Shown: positions 34,791 through 45,588 of the stretch, piece by piece
Layout of the letters: each line of letters opens with the position of its first letter
Position numbering within the stretch: position 1 is the stretch's first letter
Source: an uncultured Bacilli bacterium
GTDB lineage: Bacteria; Bacillota_I; Bacilli_A; RF39; UBA660
DNA length: 60,154 bases
Assembly (NCBI GenBank): GCA_944363915.1
Contig: CALVVR010000002.1
Location: forward strand, 1 to 60,154
Reading direction: 5' to 3'
Made by a program: the position numbers and the translations under genes
The notes under the pieces: model-generated
What the model was told of the DNA's origin: nothing
The model's input: only the letters and a program-made list of their open reading frames with translations
Database searches by the model: none

Positions 34791-36043
34791 TATTCCTCTA
34801 TTGGTATTCTATTTATAATTTCTTGATGTTCTTTACTATTTAAATACGATTCATCTAATTCATTATCTTTTAAATAAGTATATTTAAAAAGTAATATTTT
34901 TTTAACCGATTCATCAATTCTTTCGACAAATATGTTTTTTTTAATAGTGTCAATTGCTCCTTTAGCGTCATTTGGCATTAATAATATATCAACGCCTGCT
35001 TGAACAGCTTTAACATATATTTCTTCATTACTATAATTATTTGTTAATGCTCCCATATTCAAAGCATCTGTTATAACTAATCCATCGTAACCTAACTTAT
35101 TTTTTAATAAATCTGTTACTATTTCTTTAGATAAACTAGATGGAGTATCGTTATTAGTTAAGTTAGGAAAAGCAATATGACCAATCATGATGATTTTAGC
35201 ATCGTTTTCAATTGCATTTTTAAACGGTATCAATTCATTATTTAATAATTCTTCATAAGTCTTATCAATTATTGGTAAAGATGTATGAGAATCAGTTGTA
35301 GTATCACCATGACCAGGGAAATGTTTATAAGTAGCTATTATTCCATTATCTTCTAATCCTTTACCTAAACTAACGCACATATTAGCCACTAAATTAGGAT
35401 CACTTCCGAAACTGCGATTGCCAATAACTTCATTATATGGATTAGAAAACACATCACATACTGGAGCATAAACAACATTTATTCCTAAAGTACGCATATC
35501 TTCAGCCAACACTTTACCTACTTCGTAAGCTAAGTTTAAATCATTAGTCTTGCCTAAATCTAACATACTAGGAACGTAAGTAGCTTTTTTATCTTCTAAG
35601 TTTTGTAATCTTTGAACTTTTCCACCTTCTTGATCAATTGAAATGATTAAAGGTATTTCACTATTTATTTTTAAATCTTCGATATATTTTTTTGTTTTAG
35701 CAAAAGTTGTGATATTACTTTGATTAATTATAAAACCGCCTGGCTTAATATCATTTATAAATTGTTTTAATTCATCATCTACGTTTTCATGAGTATCATA
35801 AATAATTAACATTTGACCGATTTTTTCTTCAATTGTCATTTTACTCATTATTTCATTTACCTTATCTTCAATAGTCGGTTCAGACTCAGGTTTTGATTCT
35901 GGTTGATTTTGATTAATAATTTCATCATTAATAGAGTTATCTTTTAATGAACTATCATTTTTATTAAATAAAAGAAATAAAGTAAACAGAAAAACAATAC
36001 TGATTATTAATATAAATACTATTACTTTTGTTTTTTTCTTCAT
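34790..36043 (-). CDS. nagZ: Glycoside hydrolase family 3 beta-N-acetylhexosaminidase (NagZ-like), membrane anchored
   Basis: N-terminal TM anchor, IDQEGG.V.R and KHFPGHG.T..DSH motifs. Confidence 0.85.
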   Translation of the reverse strand: MKKKTKVIVFILIISIVFLFTLFLLFNKNDSSLKDNSINDEIINQNQPESKPESEPTIEDKVNEIMSKMTIEEKIGQMLIIYDTHENVDDELKQFINDIKPGGFIINQSNITTFAKTKKYIEDLKINSEIPLIISIDQEGGKVQRLQNLEDKKATYVPSMLDLGKTNDLNLAYEVGKVLAEDMRTLGINVVYAPVCDVFSNPYNEVIGNRSFGSDPNLVANMCVSLGKGLEDNGIIATYKHFPGHGDTTTDSHTSLPIIDKTYEELLNNELIPFKNAIENDAKIIMIGHIAFPNLTNNDTPSSLSKEIVTDLLKNKLGYDGLVITDALNMGALTNNYSNEEIYVKAVQAGVDILLMPNDAKGAIDTIKKNIFVERIDESVKKILLFKYTYLKDNELDESYLNSKEHQEIINRIPIEE

Positions 36044-36241
36044 TTTATCATCCTCTATCTATAAACTATTATATCACTAATAATCAAAATTATTTTAAAA
36101 AATCAAATTTAATTTTTCAACTTTTATTAATCTTTTTAAATTAAAAATTCTTAATCTATTCAATATATTAATCTCAACTAAAATAGACACTTCATTTTCG
36201 ATCGATATGTAATCATCTTCTATTACCATTATAGTAAATAA

Positions 36242-36934
36242 TTAATTTTTGTTTTGCATTTTAAATTCCTTAAATATTTTAGTTAATGCCCTTTTTTCTA
36301 TTCTTGAAACATAACTCCGAGATATTCCTAATTCTTTTGCTATTTCTTTTTGGGTAATTTCATCTTGATCATTTAAACCATATCTTTTAACAATTATTTC
36401 TTTTTCTCTTTCGGTTAAAACATTAAAATACTTTTTTAATAAAGCTATATTGTCTTTTTTTTGAATATCTAATTCAAATTCGGGTTTTGGAGTTTTTAAA
36501 ACTTCTAAAAAGGTTATTTCATTACCTTCTTTATCAAAACCAATAGATTCATTTAAACTGATATTTTTATTATGTTTTTTATCAGAACGATAATACATTA
36601 AAATTTCATTTTCAATACATTTAGCTACATAAGTAGTTAATCTAGTACCATGTTTATAGCTAAAACTATCAACACCTTTAATCAAGCCGATGGTTCCAAT
36701 ACTGATTAAGTCATCAACATCATCTTTTTTATGATCATATTTTTTAACTATATGAGCCACTAATCTAAGATTGTGTTCGATCAGTTTATTTCTTGCTTCA
36801 TTATCACCTAATTTCATTTTCTCGACACAAATTTCTTCTTCTTCTTTTGGTAATGGATCGGGAAATACATTATTAGAATAAGCAGCAGTAAAAATAAAAA
36901 AGTCTTTAAATAGTTTTCTTAAAAAATTTAACAT
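36242..36934 (-). CDS. sigK: Sporulation sigma factor, pro-SigK type
   Basis: A ~20-aa hydrophobic pro-sequence, then YSNNVFPDPLPKEEE...KLGDNEARNKLIEHNLRLVAHIVKKY, very close to the B. subtilis pro-SigK junction. Region 4 HTH ISRSYVSRIEKRAL. Uninterrupted (no skin-like element). Confidence 0.8.
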   Translation of the reverse strand: MLNFLRKLFKDFFIFTAAYSNNVFPDPLPKEEEEICVEKMKLGDNEARNKLIEHNLRLVAHIVKKYDHKKDDVDDLISIGTIGLIKGVDSFSYKHGTRLTTYVAKCIENEILMYYRSDKKHNKNISLNESIGFDKEGNEITFLEVLKTPKPEFELDIQKKDNIALLKKYFNVLTEREKEIIVKRYGLNDQDEITQKEIAKELGISRSYVSRIEKRALTKIFKEFKMQNKN

Positions 36935-37051
36935 AATTCACCTCATTAAATTTTATGTGATATTTAAATTAAAATTAATTACATTTTATCTTTTTAAATG
37001 TTATAATGGTATTAAATAATTAATTTCACACATACTAGAAAGGGTGATTTT

Positions 37052-38314
37052 ATGTATAACAACTATTCAACAAAAGCTTATAACTTACACATTATCAATA
37101 CTGATAAATTTAAAACAATTACGATTAAAATTAATTTTAAAAAATTATTAAAAAAAGAAGATGTAACTTATCGTAATTTATTAGGTAAAGTATTATTAAA
37201 TTCAACTAAAGAATATTCAACCAAACAAGAGTTAGATAAACAAATAGAAGAATTATATGGATTAGGTTTAGGTTATTCTAGTAGTTTGAGTGGTAATTAT
37301 ATTATTAGTTCTTTTAATTGTAATTTTTTAAATGAAAAATACACAGAAAAAGATATGATTAAAAAATCGATTGAATTTTTGTTTAGTGTCATTTTTAATC
37401 CTAATGTTGAAGATAATAAATTTAAATATTTTGACTTATCTAAAAGATTAGTTAATGATGAAATTGAATCTTTAAAAGATAATACAAAAAGATATTCTTT
37501 ACAAAGATTATTTGAAATACTAGGAAAAAATACAACTTTAGAATATAATTCTGTTGGTTATAAAGAAGATTTAGAAAAAATAACTAATGAAGATTTATAT
37601 GATTATTATAAGAAAATGCTTAAAAGTGACTTGATTGATATTTTTGTTATTGGTAATGTTAAAGATCAAGAAATTGTCGAAATATTTAATAATAAATTTA
37701 ATATCAATACCGTTAAAAAACCAGGAATTGCTCACTTCTTAGAACATTCTAAAATAAATAAAAAAGTAAATAAAGTAATAGAAGTTATGCCAATTGAACA
37801 AACTAATTTAAATATTGGTTTCAAATTAAAAGACTTAACTGACTTTGAAAGACAATATGTTTTATACGCCTACTGTTTTATTCTAGGTGGGGGACCTAAT
37901 TCTAAATTGTTTAGAACAGTTCGTGAAAAAAATAGTTTATGTTATACCATAAGTGCTACTCATAAAGCTATTTATAATATTTTATATATTAGTGTGGGAA
38001 CTAATAAAAGTGATGTAAAAAAATGTATTAGTTTAATCAAAAAAGAAATTAATAAAATGGCTAAAGGTGATTTCGAAGATAATGATTTAGAAGCGGCTAA
38101 GATAACTTACATTAATAGTTTAAAAGATATTGAAGACTACCAAGGAAGTATTTTAAGAATGTATGAAAGTAATATTTACTTTAACTATGATTTAGTTGAT
38201 GAAAGATGCGAAAAAATAAAAAATGTTACAAAAGATGATATTATTAACTTAAGCAAAAAAATATTTATGGATAGTATTTTTATCCTAGAAGGAGAAAGTA
38301 ATGAAGAAAATTAA
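37052..38314 (+). CDS. M16B-family peptidase subunit lacking the N-terminal HxxEH motif
   Basis: Size and pattern of the YmfF/AlbE-like inactive partner. Overlaps the next gene by 14 nt. Extended -10 TGTTATAAT lies upstream. Confidence 0.8.
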   Translation: MYNNYSTKAYNLHIINTDKFKTITIKINFKKLLKKEDVTYRNLLGKVLLNSTKEYSTKQELDKQIEELYGLGLGYSSSLSGNYIISSFNCNFLNEKYTEKDMIKKSIEFLFSVIFNPNVEDNKFKYFDLSKRLVNDEIESLKDNTKRYSLQRLFEILGKNTTLEYNSVGYKEDLEKITNEDLYDYYKKMLKSDLIDIFVIGNVKDQEIVEIFNNKFNINTVKKPGIAHFLEHSKINKKVNKVIEVMPIEQTNLNIGFKLKDLTDFERQYVLYAYCFILGGGPNSKLFRTVREKNSLCYTISATHKAIYNILYISVGTNKSDVKKCISLIKKEINKMAKGDFEDNDLEAAKITYINSLKDIEDYQGSILRMYESNIYFNYDLVDERCEKIKNVTKDDIINLSKKIFMDSIFILEGESNEEN

Positions 38315-39569
38315 TTACAAAAATCTTGACTTAGATTTATTTTATGAAAAATTAGATAATGGTTTAGAAATATATGTTCTTCCTAAAAATAACGTTAATA
38401 ATATCTATGTTACCTTTTCCGCTAAATATGGTTCAAACATTATTGAATTTAAAGAAAATGATAAAAAATCCACTAAAGTACCTTTAGGAATCGCCCATTT
38501 TTTGGAACATAAAATGTTTGAACAAGAAGATGGAACTGATATTTTCAGCTTTTATAGTGAGCGTGGTGCTGATTGCAATGCCAATACCAATAATACTAAA
38601 ACAACTTATCTTTTTTCAGGCCCTAGTTTTTTAGATGAAAATTTAAATCTTTTATTAGATTATGTTCAAAGTCCATATTTTACTGATGAAAACGTTGAAA
38701 AAGAAAAAGGAATTATTACTCAAGAAATTAAAATGTATCAAGATATGCCCAGTAATGTTATGTACGATAAGATATTAGAAAATTGTTTTCAAATTCATCC
38801 AATGAAATATCCAATTATTGGAACAATCGATAGTGTTAGTTCAATTACAAAAGAAGATTTATACACTTGTTACAATGCATTTTATCATCCATCTAATATG
38901 TTTGTCGTAGTTACAGGTAATGTTGATGCTGATGAAGTTATAAATATCATTAAAGAAAATCAAATGAAAAAACAATTTAAAAAAGAAAGTAAAATTAAGG
39001 TTAAAAAATATGACGAACCAAAAGAAGTTAAAAAGAAAGAAGATAAAGTTAATTTAAATGTCAGTATTCCAAGATGCGCAATTGCTTATAAAATAAAATT
39101 AGAAAAAAACATTAAAAATTTATTTTATTTATTAACTTTATTTGATTGTAAATTTTCATCAACCAGTGACTTTGTCAATAATTTAATCAATGAAGAAATA
39201 ATTAACGATTCATTAGTTATTGATTTTGATAACAGTTCTGATTATTTAGTTGTTTTTGTAATTGGTGAATCAACCAAACCAAATATTTTGTTAGAAAAAA
39301 TAAAAGAAGAAATGACTAATTTAGAAATCGATGAAAAAGATTTTTTAAGAAAGAAAAAAACTTTATTAAGTTCAATTATTTATATGACTGAAAATATTTT
39401 TAGTCTAAATCACAATATTATAAATGACATTATCAGATATGGTAAATTTAACGATAATAAATATAATGATATTAAAGATTTAAACTATAAAGACTTTTGT
39501 AAATTGATTAAAAACATCGATTTTGATAATTGTACAACTTTAATTATCGAACCAAAAAAACAATCTTAA
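38301..39569 (+). CDS. M16B-family zinc peptidase subunit (HxxEH present)
   Basis: GIAHFLEHKMFE zinc-binding motif about 65 aa from the N-terminus, followed by NA.T....T.Y. Confidence 0.85.
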   Translation: MKKINYKNLDLDLFYEKLDNGLEIYVLPKNNVNNIYVTFSAKYGSNIIEFKENDKKSTKVPLGIAHFLEHKMFEQEDGTDIFSFYSERGADCNANTNNTKTTYLFSGPSFLDENLNLLLDYVQSPYFTDENVEKEKGIITQEIKMYQDMPSNVMYDKILENCFQIHPMKYPIIGTIDSVSSITKEDLYTCYNAFYHPSNMFVVVTGNVDADEVINIIKENQMKKQFKKESKIKVKKYDEPKEVKKKEDKVNLNVSIPRCAIAYKIKLEKNIKNLFYLLTLFDCKFSSTSDFVNNLINEEIINDSLVIDFDNSSDYLVVFVIGESTKPNILLEKIKEEMTNLEIDEKDFLRKKKTLLSSIIYMTENIFSLNHNIINDIIRYGKFNDNKYNDIKDLNYKDFCKLIKNIDFDNCTTLIIEPKKQS

Positions 39570-39579
39570 ACGATTGTTT

Positions 39580-40239
39580 TTATTTGTCATTAGTTATATT
39601 TCCATCTCCAGTAACGGGTATTGTTTCACCAACATAAGTAGAAGAGGGCTTAAAAATAACCTTAACTAAATCTTTATCACGAGCTAATATTTCTCTTACT
39701 TCCCTTTTAAATTGTCCTGGATAATCTCTTAGATTCGCACTAACACCATAAGCCTCAATTTCTAATTCTTTAGCAATATATAAAGCGCGATATAAATGAT
39801 ATTCTTGTGTAACAATAACAACTTTGTCAACTTCAAAAATCTCTTTTAATCTATAAATACTATCATAAGTTGAAAAACCGGCATGGTCCATAAATATATC
39901 ACTAGAATTAATTCCTTCATCGATAGCATAACTTTTCATAACATTAACTTCGTCATAATCTTCTTGACCATGATCACCACTCATAATGATTTTTTTAGCA
40001 ACACCATTATTATATAATTCTATTCCGGTTAAAATACGATCTTCTAACATCGGACGAGGTTTATTTCCATAAACACCAGCACCAAGTACTAAAATACAAT
40101 CGACATCAGTTAAATCTTTTGCTTCATCAATTGAAATTATTCTACTTTTAGTGCTTAAAACAACATAAAAATTAACTGTCAATATTCCGACAATCGATAA
40201 TAAAATTAATGACAATATAATAATTATTATTTTTTTCAT
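39580..40239 (-). CDS. SanA/YdcF (DUF218) family protein
   Basis: N-terminal TM helix, ILVLGAGVYG, and the DUF218 core with a V.TQ.YH..RA motif. Confidence 0.8.
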   Translation of the reverse strand: MKKIIIIILSLILLSIVGILTVNFYVVLSTKSRIISIDEAKDLTDVDCILVLGAGVYGNKPRPMLEDRILTGIELYNNGVAKKIIMSGDHGQEDYDEVNVMKSYAIDEGINSSDIFMDHAGFSTYDSIYRLKEIFEVDKVVIVTQEYHLYRALYIAKELEIEAYGVSANLRDYPGQFKREVREILARDKDLVKVIFKPSSTYVGETIPVTGDGNITNDK

Positions 40240-40293
40240 AATGAAACACCTATTAATATTTTATCACATAATCTATTTTTCATAAAATGATAA

Positions 40294-41145
40294 CTATTTA
40301 TTTTCAATCAAGTTACTATCTTTATATTGATAATTTAAATAATTATTATTAGATATAATAGTTTCGCCTAATTGTTTTTCCAATTCATCACGGGCTACTT
40401 TAGCTACATTACCACCTATTTTAGCTACTTTTATATTACTATCTAAACCTTGTGGTTTTTGTTTAGCTGCTAATCTTTTTGTTGCTTCTTCGCCTAAATC
40501 CGCCAAAGTAACTTCGATACTATCCATATTATCTCTTAAAGATTCTTTTCTTAATCCTTTAAATTGCTTATATTCTTTCGCTGTCATACCTGACCAACTT
40601 TTATATATTTCATTTGTTAGAATACTATATTCATAACTTTCAGTAACACCATTTTCTTTCCATACATCGGTAAGGCTTTTTCTTTGTTGAATTCCTTTGA
40701 TTCTTTTGGATATCCATGCTTCATCATATCCTTTAGAACGATATAAATCTATTAATCGTTGAATACCAATAGACGGGTCAAATACTTCATCTATTCGTTC
40801 GCTTCCTAATTTAGCAAGCCATTGCTTTATCGGTTCAGCATTTTTACTAGGAATTGATTCAATAATTCTAAACATACCTTCAATATCAACAACATCTGTT
40901 AGACGATACTTACCATCTCGCGCCTTTAATTTCAACTGGTGACAATTTGTCACCGTTTCATTTCCCTCTTCTTTAATCCTTTGTTTTAGCTTATTCCAAT
41001 ATTTTCTACCATCCTTGCTTTCAGATAATATTCCAACAACATCAACAACACTAATATAATATTTTTCGCTTTCTTTATCCCAAACAGTTCTAATATTTTC
41101 ATTATTAAATATTTTGTTTATTAAATAAGTTTTATCTTGTTTCAT
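40294..41145 (-). CDS. BRO-N domain / DinD-like DNA-damage-inducible protein family
   Basis: N-terminal Bro-N-like segment (IRTVWD.E..KYYISVVDVVGILS.S...RKYWNKLK) with a long helical C-terminus. ATG at 41145 after AAGGAGAG. Assignment is from recollection only. Confidence 0.6.
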   Translation of the reverse strand: MKQDKTYLINKIFNNENIRTVWDKESEKYYISVVDVVGILSESKDGRKYWNKLKQRIKEEGNETVTNCHQLKLKARDGKYRLTDVVDIEGMFRIIESIPSKNAEPIKQWLAKLGSERIDEVFDPSIGIQRLIDLYRSKGYDEAWISKRIKGIQQRKSLTDVWKENGVTESYEYSILTNEIYKSWSGMTAKEYKQFKGLRKESLRDNMDSIEVTLADLGEEATKRLAAKQKPQGLDSNIKVAKIGGNVAKVARDELEKQLGETIISNNNYLNYQYKDSNLIENK

Positions 41146-41237
41146 ATCTCTCCTTTCTACTCCTACGATCAAATTATATCATACGAACATATATTTGTAA
41201 ATAAGTTTTTTAAAAAAAAGAACAAAATTAATTGTTC

Positions 41238-44200
41238 TTAAATTTTTTCCACTTTAATAGCTACTTTTTCATCATTTAATTCATCATCAAACATTAATGA
41301 ATCATCGTTAATTAGTTCATCGCCTAATACTTCACCCATTACATAGTCATAATACTTTTCTAACATCTGTTTAATTTTATCAGTTCCATTATAAATGACT
41401 TTAATATGGTCAGTAATAACAAAATCAGCTTCTTTTCTAAGGCTTTGAACTTTACGAACAAATTCACGAGCTAAACCTTCTAAAATTAATTCTTCAGTTA
41501 ATTCAGTATTTAAAACAACACAAGTACGACTATTACTACTTGAAGCATATCCTTCTTTTTGTTTTAAAGATATTAAAACCATCTCATTAGTAAGCTCAAA
41601 ATCCTCACCATCTAATTTTACCTTTAAACTACCTTTTTCAAGTTGCGAAATTTCTTTAGTAGTTAAATTATTTAATACTTCTTGTAGTTCTTTTATCTTT
41701 GGTCCTAAAGTTTTACCTAAAATTTTAAAATTAGGTTTAACAATATAATCCAAATATTCACCCATATCTTCTTTGAAAATAATCTCTTTTACATTTAATT
41801 CTTCTTGAATAATTGAAATTAAATTTCCAATTACTTTTTCATCTTTCTTTGGTAAAATTAAATGAGAAATTGGTTGACGAACTTTGATATTAACTTCTTC
41901 ACGAGCAAATCTTCCTAATGAGCAAATATCTCTTACTAAATCCATTTGTTCTTCAATTTTTTCATTAATTAATTTTTCATTATATTTAGGAAAATCAGCC
42001 AAATGAATAGATTCATCACCTGTTAATTTTTGATAAATTTCTTCTGTTAAAAATGGAGTTATTGGTGCACATAATTTACATAATGCCACTAATACTTCAT
42101 AAGTTGTTAAATAGACAGCTTTTTTAGATTCTGTTAATTCACTATCCCAAAAACGGCGACGGTTACTGCGAATATACCAATTAGACAAATCGTCGTTTAA
42201 AAATGGGACAATCAATCTCGTCACTTTATTTAAATCATATTCTTCATAAGCTGAAGTGACATTTTTAATTAATTTATTTAATTTAGATAACAACCATTTA
42301 TCGATAAGTTCTCTTTTACTAACAGGTACATCATAAGTTCTTGGATCAATATTATCAGCATTAGCATACATTTCAAAGAATGAATAAGCATTTTTAAAGG
42401 TTGAAATATATTTTGAATAAATTTCTTTTAGTCCTGTTTCATCAAATTTTAAAGGTGTCCAAACAGGAGATGCATATAACATATAATATCTTACTGTATC
42501 AGCTCCATATTTAGTCATAATGTCAGTAGGATCAATAATATTACCAGTTGATTTACTCATTTTTTTACCATGGGCATCCAACATCATATCATTAACCACA
42601 ACGTTTTTAAAACTAGATTCACCAGATATAATAGTCGATATAACTAGTAATACATAGAACCAACCTCTTGTTTGATCAACTCCTTCAGCAATAAAATCGG
42701 CTGGAAATTGTGATTCAAACAATTCTTTATTTTCAAATGGATAATGGAATTGGGCATAAGGCATGGCTCCTGAGTCAAACCAAACATCCATTACATCTTT
42801 TACTCTTTCCATAGTTTTGCCACATTTACTACATTTAATATGTAATTCATCGATATATGGACGATGTAATTCTATTTTTCTAACATCTTTATCTTCAATT
42901 ATTTTTTCTTGTAGTTCATCTAAAGAACCAATTACTTCTTTATGTCCACATTCGCAAGTCCAAATAGGCATTGGACATCCCCAATATCTATTTCTTGATA
43001 TTCCCCAATCGACCATATTATCTAGCCAATTAGCAAATCTTTTTTCACCAATATAGTCAGGATACCAATTAACTTTTTTATTGGCTGCAATTATTTTATC
43101 TTTATAAGCGGTAGTTTCAACATACCAAGCTGGTTTAGCATAATAAATTAAAGGACTTTTACATCTCCAACAATGCGGATAATCATGAACTAATTTTATT
43201 TTTTTAAATAATTTATCACTTTCTTTTAAATGTTTAATTATATCTATTTCTAATTCAGGATCAGTAACTAATCTACCTTTCCATGGTCCTTCAGTATAAC
43301 AACCATCTTTTCCAACGACATTAATAAAAGTAATACCATTTTCTTGGCAAATACGATTATCGTCGACACCATAAGCTGGAGCCACATGAACAATTCCAGT
43401 ACCGTCAGAATCAGTTACATAGCTATCAGCAATAACTTCAAAAGCTTTACCTTCAACTTCGACAAACGGTAATAATTGTTCATATTTCACTCCTTGCAAA
43501 TCTTTTCCTTGATATTTTTCTAAAACTTTATAACCTTCACCTAAAACTTTTTCAGCTAAAGATTCAGCTAAAATAAATTTATATCCTTGACTTTCAACTT
43601 TTAGATAAATTAAATCTGGATTAACACATAATGCAACATTAGCTAGTAATGTCCAAGGTGTAGTTGTCCAAACTAAGAAATAAACATCTTCATTCTTAAT
43701 TTTAAAAGGAACAATAACTGTATTAACAGGATCTTGTTGATATCCTTGAGCTACTTCATTACTAGATAATTCAGTACCACATCTTGGACAGTAAGGTAAT
43801 ACCTTATTTCCGTGGTAAATCAAACCTTTCTTATCTATTTCTTTAATAATCCACCATTCAGACTCGATATATTCATTGTCACATGTTACATATGGATGTT
43901 CACAATCGATAAATTGTCCCATCATGTCAGTTATTTTTTTTACTTCATCAATATTTGTAGCTGTTTCTTTATTACATTCTTTACAAAAATTTTCGATACC
44001 AAATTTTTCAATATCAGATTTATTTTTAAATCCTAATTTTTTTTCAACATTAACTTCAATAGGAAGTCCGTGAGTATCAAGACCGATTTTTCTCAAAACT
44101 CGATAGCCTTGCATGGTTTTATATTTAGTAAAAGCATCTTTTATTGTTTTAGCGAAGACATGATGAATACCTGGTTTAGCATTAGCATAAATTGGTCCAT

Positions 44201-44333
44201 CATAAAAAACGTAATTTTTATTATTTTCGCGATTACTAATTGATTTTTCAAATATATCATTTTTTTTCCAAAAAGATAAAACTTCTGATTCAGCTTCATT
44301 GATTTGTTTTTTATTTAATTCTTTAAATTTCAT
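41238..44333 (-). CDS. ileS: Isoleucine--tRNA ligase, type 2 (long form)
   Basis: PGIHHVFAKTIKD (HIGH region of the IleRS2 type), KMSKSTGN, 1031 aa. Confidence 0.95.
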   Translation of the reverse strand: MKFKELNKKQINEAESEVLSFWKKNDIFEKSISNRENNKNYVFYDGPIYANAKPGIHHVFAKTIKDAFTKYKTMQGYRVLRKIGLDTHGLPIEVNVEKKLGFKNKSDIEKFGIENFCKECNKETATNIDEVKKITDMMGQFIDCEHPYVTCDNEYIESEWWIIKEIDKKGLIYHGNKVLPYCPRCGTELSSNEVAQGYQQDPVNTVIVPFKIKNEDVYFLVWTTTPWTLLANVALCVNPDLIYLKVESQGYKFILAESLAEKVLGEGYKVLEKYQGKDLQGVKYEQLLPFVEVEGKAFEVIADSYVTDSDGTGIVHVAPAYGVDDNRICQENGITFINVVGKDGCYTEGPWKGRLVTDPELEIDIIKHLKESDKLFKKIKLVHDYPHCWRCKSPLIYYAKPAWYVETTAYKDKIIAANKKVNWYPDYIGEKRFANWLDNMVDWGISRNRYWGCPMPIWTCECGHKEVIGSLDELQEKIIEDKDVRKIELHRPYIDELHIKCSKCGKTMERVKDVMDVWFDSGAMPYAQFHYPFENKELFESQFPADFIAEGVDQTRGWFYVLLVISTIISGESSFKNVVVNDMMLDAHGKKMSKSTGNIIDPTDIMTKYGADTVRYYMLYASPVWTPLKFDETGLKEIYSKYISTFKNAYSFFEMYANADNIDPRTYDVPVSKRELIDKWLLSKLNKLIKNVTSAYEEYDLNKVTRLIVPFLNDDLSNWYIRSNRRRFWDSELTESKKAVYLTTYEVLVALCKLCAPITPFLTEEIYQKLTGDESIHLADFPKYNEKLINEKIEEQMDLVRDICSLGRFAREEVNIKVRQPISHLILPKKDEKVIGNLISIIQEELNVKEIIFKEDMGEYLDYIVKPNFKILGKTLGPKIKELQEVLNNLTTKEISQLEKGSLKVKLDGEDFELTNEMVLISLKQKEGYASSSNSRTCVVLNTELTEELILEGLAREFVRKVQSLRKEADFVITDHIKVIYNGTDKIKQMLEKYYDYVMGEVLGDELINDDSLMFDDELNDEKVAIKVEKI

Positions 44334-44339
44334 AATTAC

Positions 44340-44535
44340 CTCCTGTAATATACAAAAAAGATGATACCTAAAGGGCGAAATGTATCCGCGGTACCACCTT
44401 TCTTTTTACTTATTTAACTATAACGCGTTACCGTTTTTATCTTATCCATAAAAAGCATCCAAAGTGATCTATATATTAATTCTTTATTAGTTTCCACCAA
44501 CCACTAACTCTCTATTAAAGATATTTAATATACCG
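44340..44535 (-). promoter_or_regulatory. T-box leader (Ile) upstream of ileS
   Basis: AGAGAG box, distal GGUUGGUGGAAA loop, and candidate AUC specifier (44468-44466) followed by A. Antiterminator AAAGG-[UGGUACC]-GCG..CGC-CCUUU (T-box core at 44386-44398), then a U-tract. Confidence 0.8.
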
Positions 44536-44548
44536 TCTTTTTCATCTG

Positions 44549-45007
44549 CTATATATCTATTTTTTCAATATCATCAACTAATTCGAGTTGTGTTTCTAAA
44601 GTTCCTTTTAACCTTTTTTTAAATACAATCATGTTTCTTCTTAAGTTATCAGTTTCCTTTTCGATTTCTTCAGCTTTAAGTAATGCTTCGTTGACAATTC
44701 GATTAGCGTTTTTCTTTGCATCGCTAACTATTATATCTCTTTCTTGATAAGCTGTCAACTTAATTTGTTCACTAGTTTTTTCGGCCATTAAAATTGCTCT
44801 TTTTAAATTTTCTTCCATTCTTGAAAATTGCGCAACTTTATCATTTAATTTTTTATTTTCTTCTTCTAGAGATTTGTAACTAGCTATTTGTTTGTCTTTA
44901 TCATCAATTTCTTTAACCATCGCTTCTACTTTAGCAATTACTTTGTCTAGAAAACTATTTACTTCATCTGGATCATAGCCTCTTAAGACACGGCTGAATT
45001 TTTCCAT
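44549..45007 (-). CDS. divIVA: Cell-division/septum-site protein DivIVA
   Basis: F....RGYD..EV..FLD N-terminal DivIVA motif plus coiled coil. ATG at 45007 after GAGGTG. Confidence 0.85.
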   Translation of the reverse strand: MEKFSRVLRGYDPDEVNSFLDKVIAKVEAMVKEIDDKDKQIASYKSLEEENKKLNDKVAQFSRMEENLKRAILMAEKTSEQIKLTAYQERDIIVSDAKKNANRIVNEALLKAEEIEKETDNLRRNMIVFKKRLKGTLETQLELVDDIEKIDI

Positions 45008-45027
45008 AAGATTCACCTCAATTTAGT

Positions 45028-45432
45028 TTACCATTCAATATTTATATCTTTATTATCGTGAATATCTTTACCTTCTGTTTCATCAGTTATTTTACCATTT
45101 ACTTTAACATTATTCGGTGTGCATAAAAATATTCCACCACCAACTTTTTGTAAGTCCCCTCCGATAGCATATATCGTACCACTTAAGAAGTCGACAATTC
45201 TTTTAGCTTGTTCGCTTGTTACTCTTTTTAGATTAACTACAACTGTGTTACGATTTTTTAATTGATCAGCAATTTGTTGTGTTTCTGAAAAAGCACGTGG
45301 TTCTAATAAAACTAATTTAGTACTTCCATCTTCTTCAACTGCCTCACTAGCCTTTAAATTATAATATTGGTCATTTAAGCCATCACTTAATATATCCGTT
45401 TCTTCACTTGTAAACCATTTTTTTATATTCAT
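45028..45432 (-). CDS. sepF: Cell division protein SepF
   Basis: Conserved C-terminal core (VVVNL......AKRI.DFLSG..YA..G....V....FL..P..V). ATG at 45432 after AAGGAGG. Confidence 0.85.
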   Translation of the reverse strand: MNIKKWFTSEETDILSDGLNDQYYNLKASEAVEEDGSTKLVLLEPRAFSETQQIADQLKNRNTVVVNLKRVTSEQAKRIVDFLSGTIYAIGGDLQKVGGGIFLCTPNNVKVNGKITDETEGKDIHDNKDINIEW

Positions 45433-45541
45433 ACCCTTTTCCTCCTTGTTGTATAGACATCTATCCACACTACTACCATAATTCTACCACAAATTAAATA
45501 AATTGTGAACTATATTTTAAATTTTTTTCACATTTTACAAA

Positions 45542-45580
45542 ATAAAAAACGATTTTGAATATTTCTATCAAATCGTTTTT
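45542..45580 (-). terminator. Intrinsic terminator after glyQS
   Basis: AACGATTT..loop..AAATCGTT hairpin followed by a U-run on the minus strand. Confidence 0.6.
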
Positions 45581-45588
45581 AATAAATA

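Noticed and set aside
32099-41172. XRE pairs plus a BRO-N/DinD-like gene (40294-41145) raised the possibility of a prophage or its remnant.
   Set aside because: No integrase, capsid, tail, terminase, holin or lysin genes are present. The intervening genes are ordinary chromosomal functions (cls, secG, nagZ, sigK, M16 peptidases, sanA).
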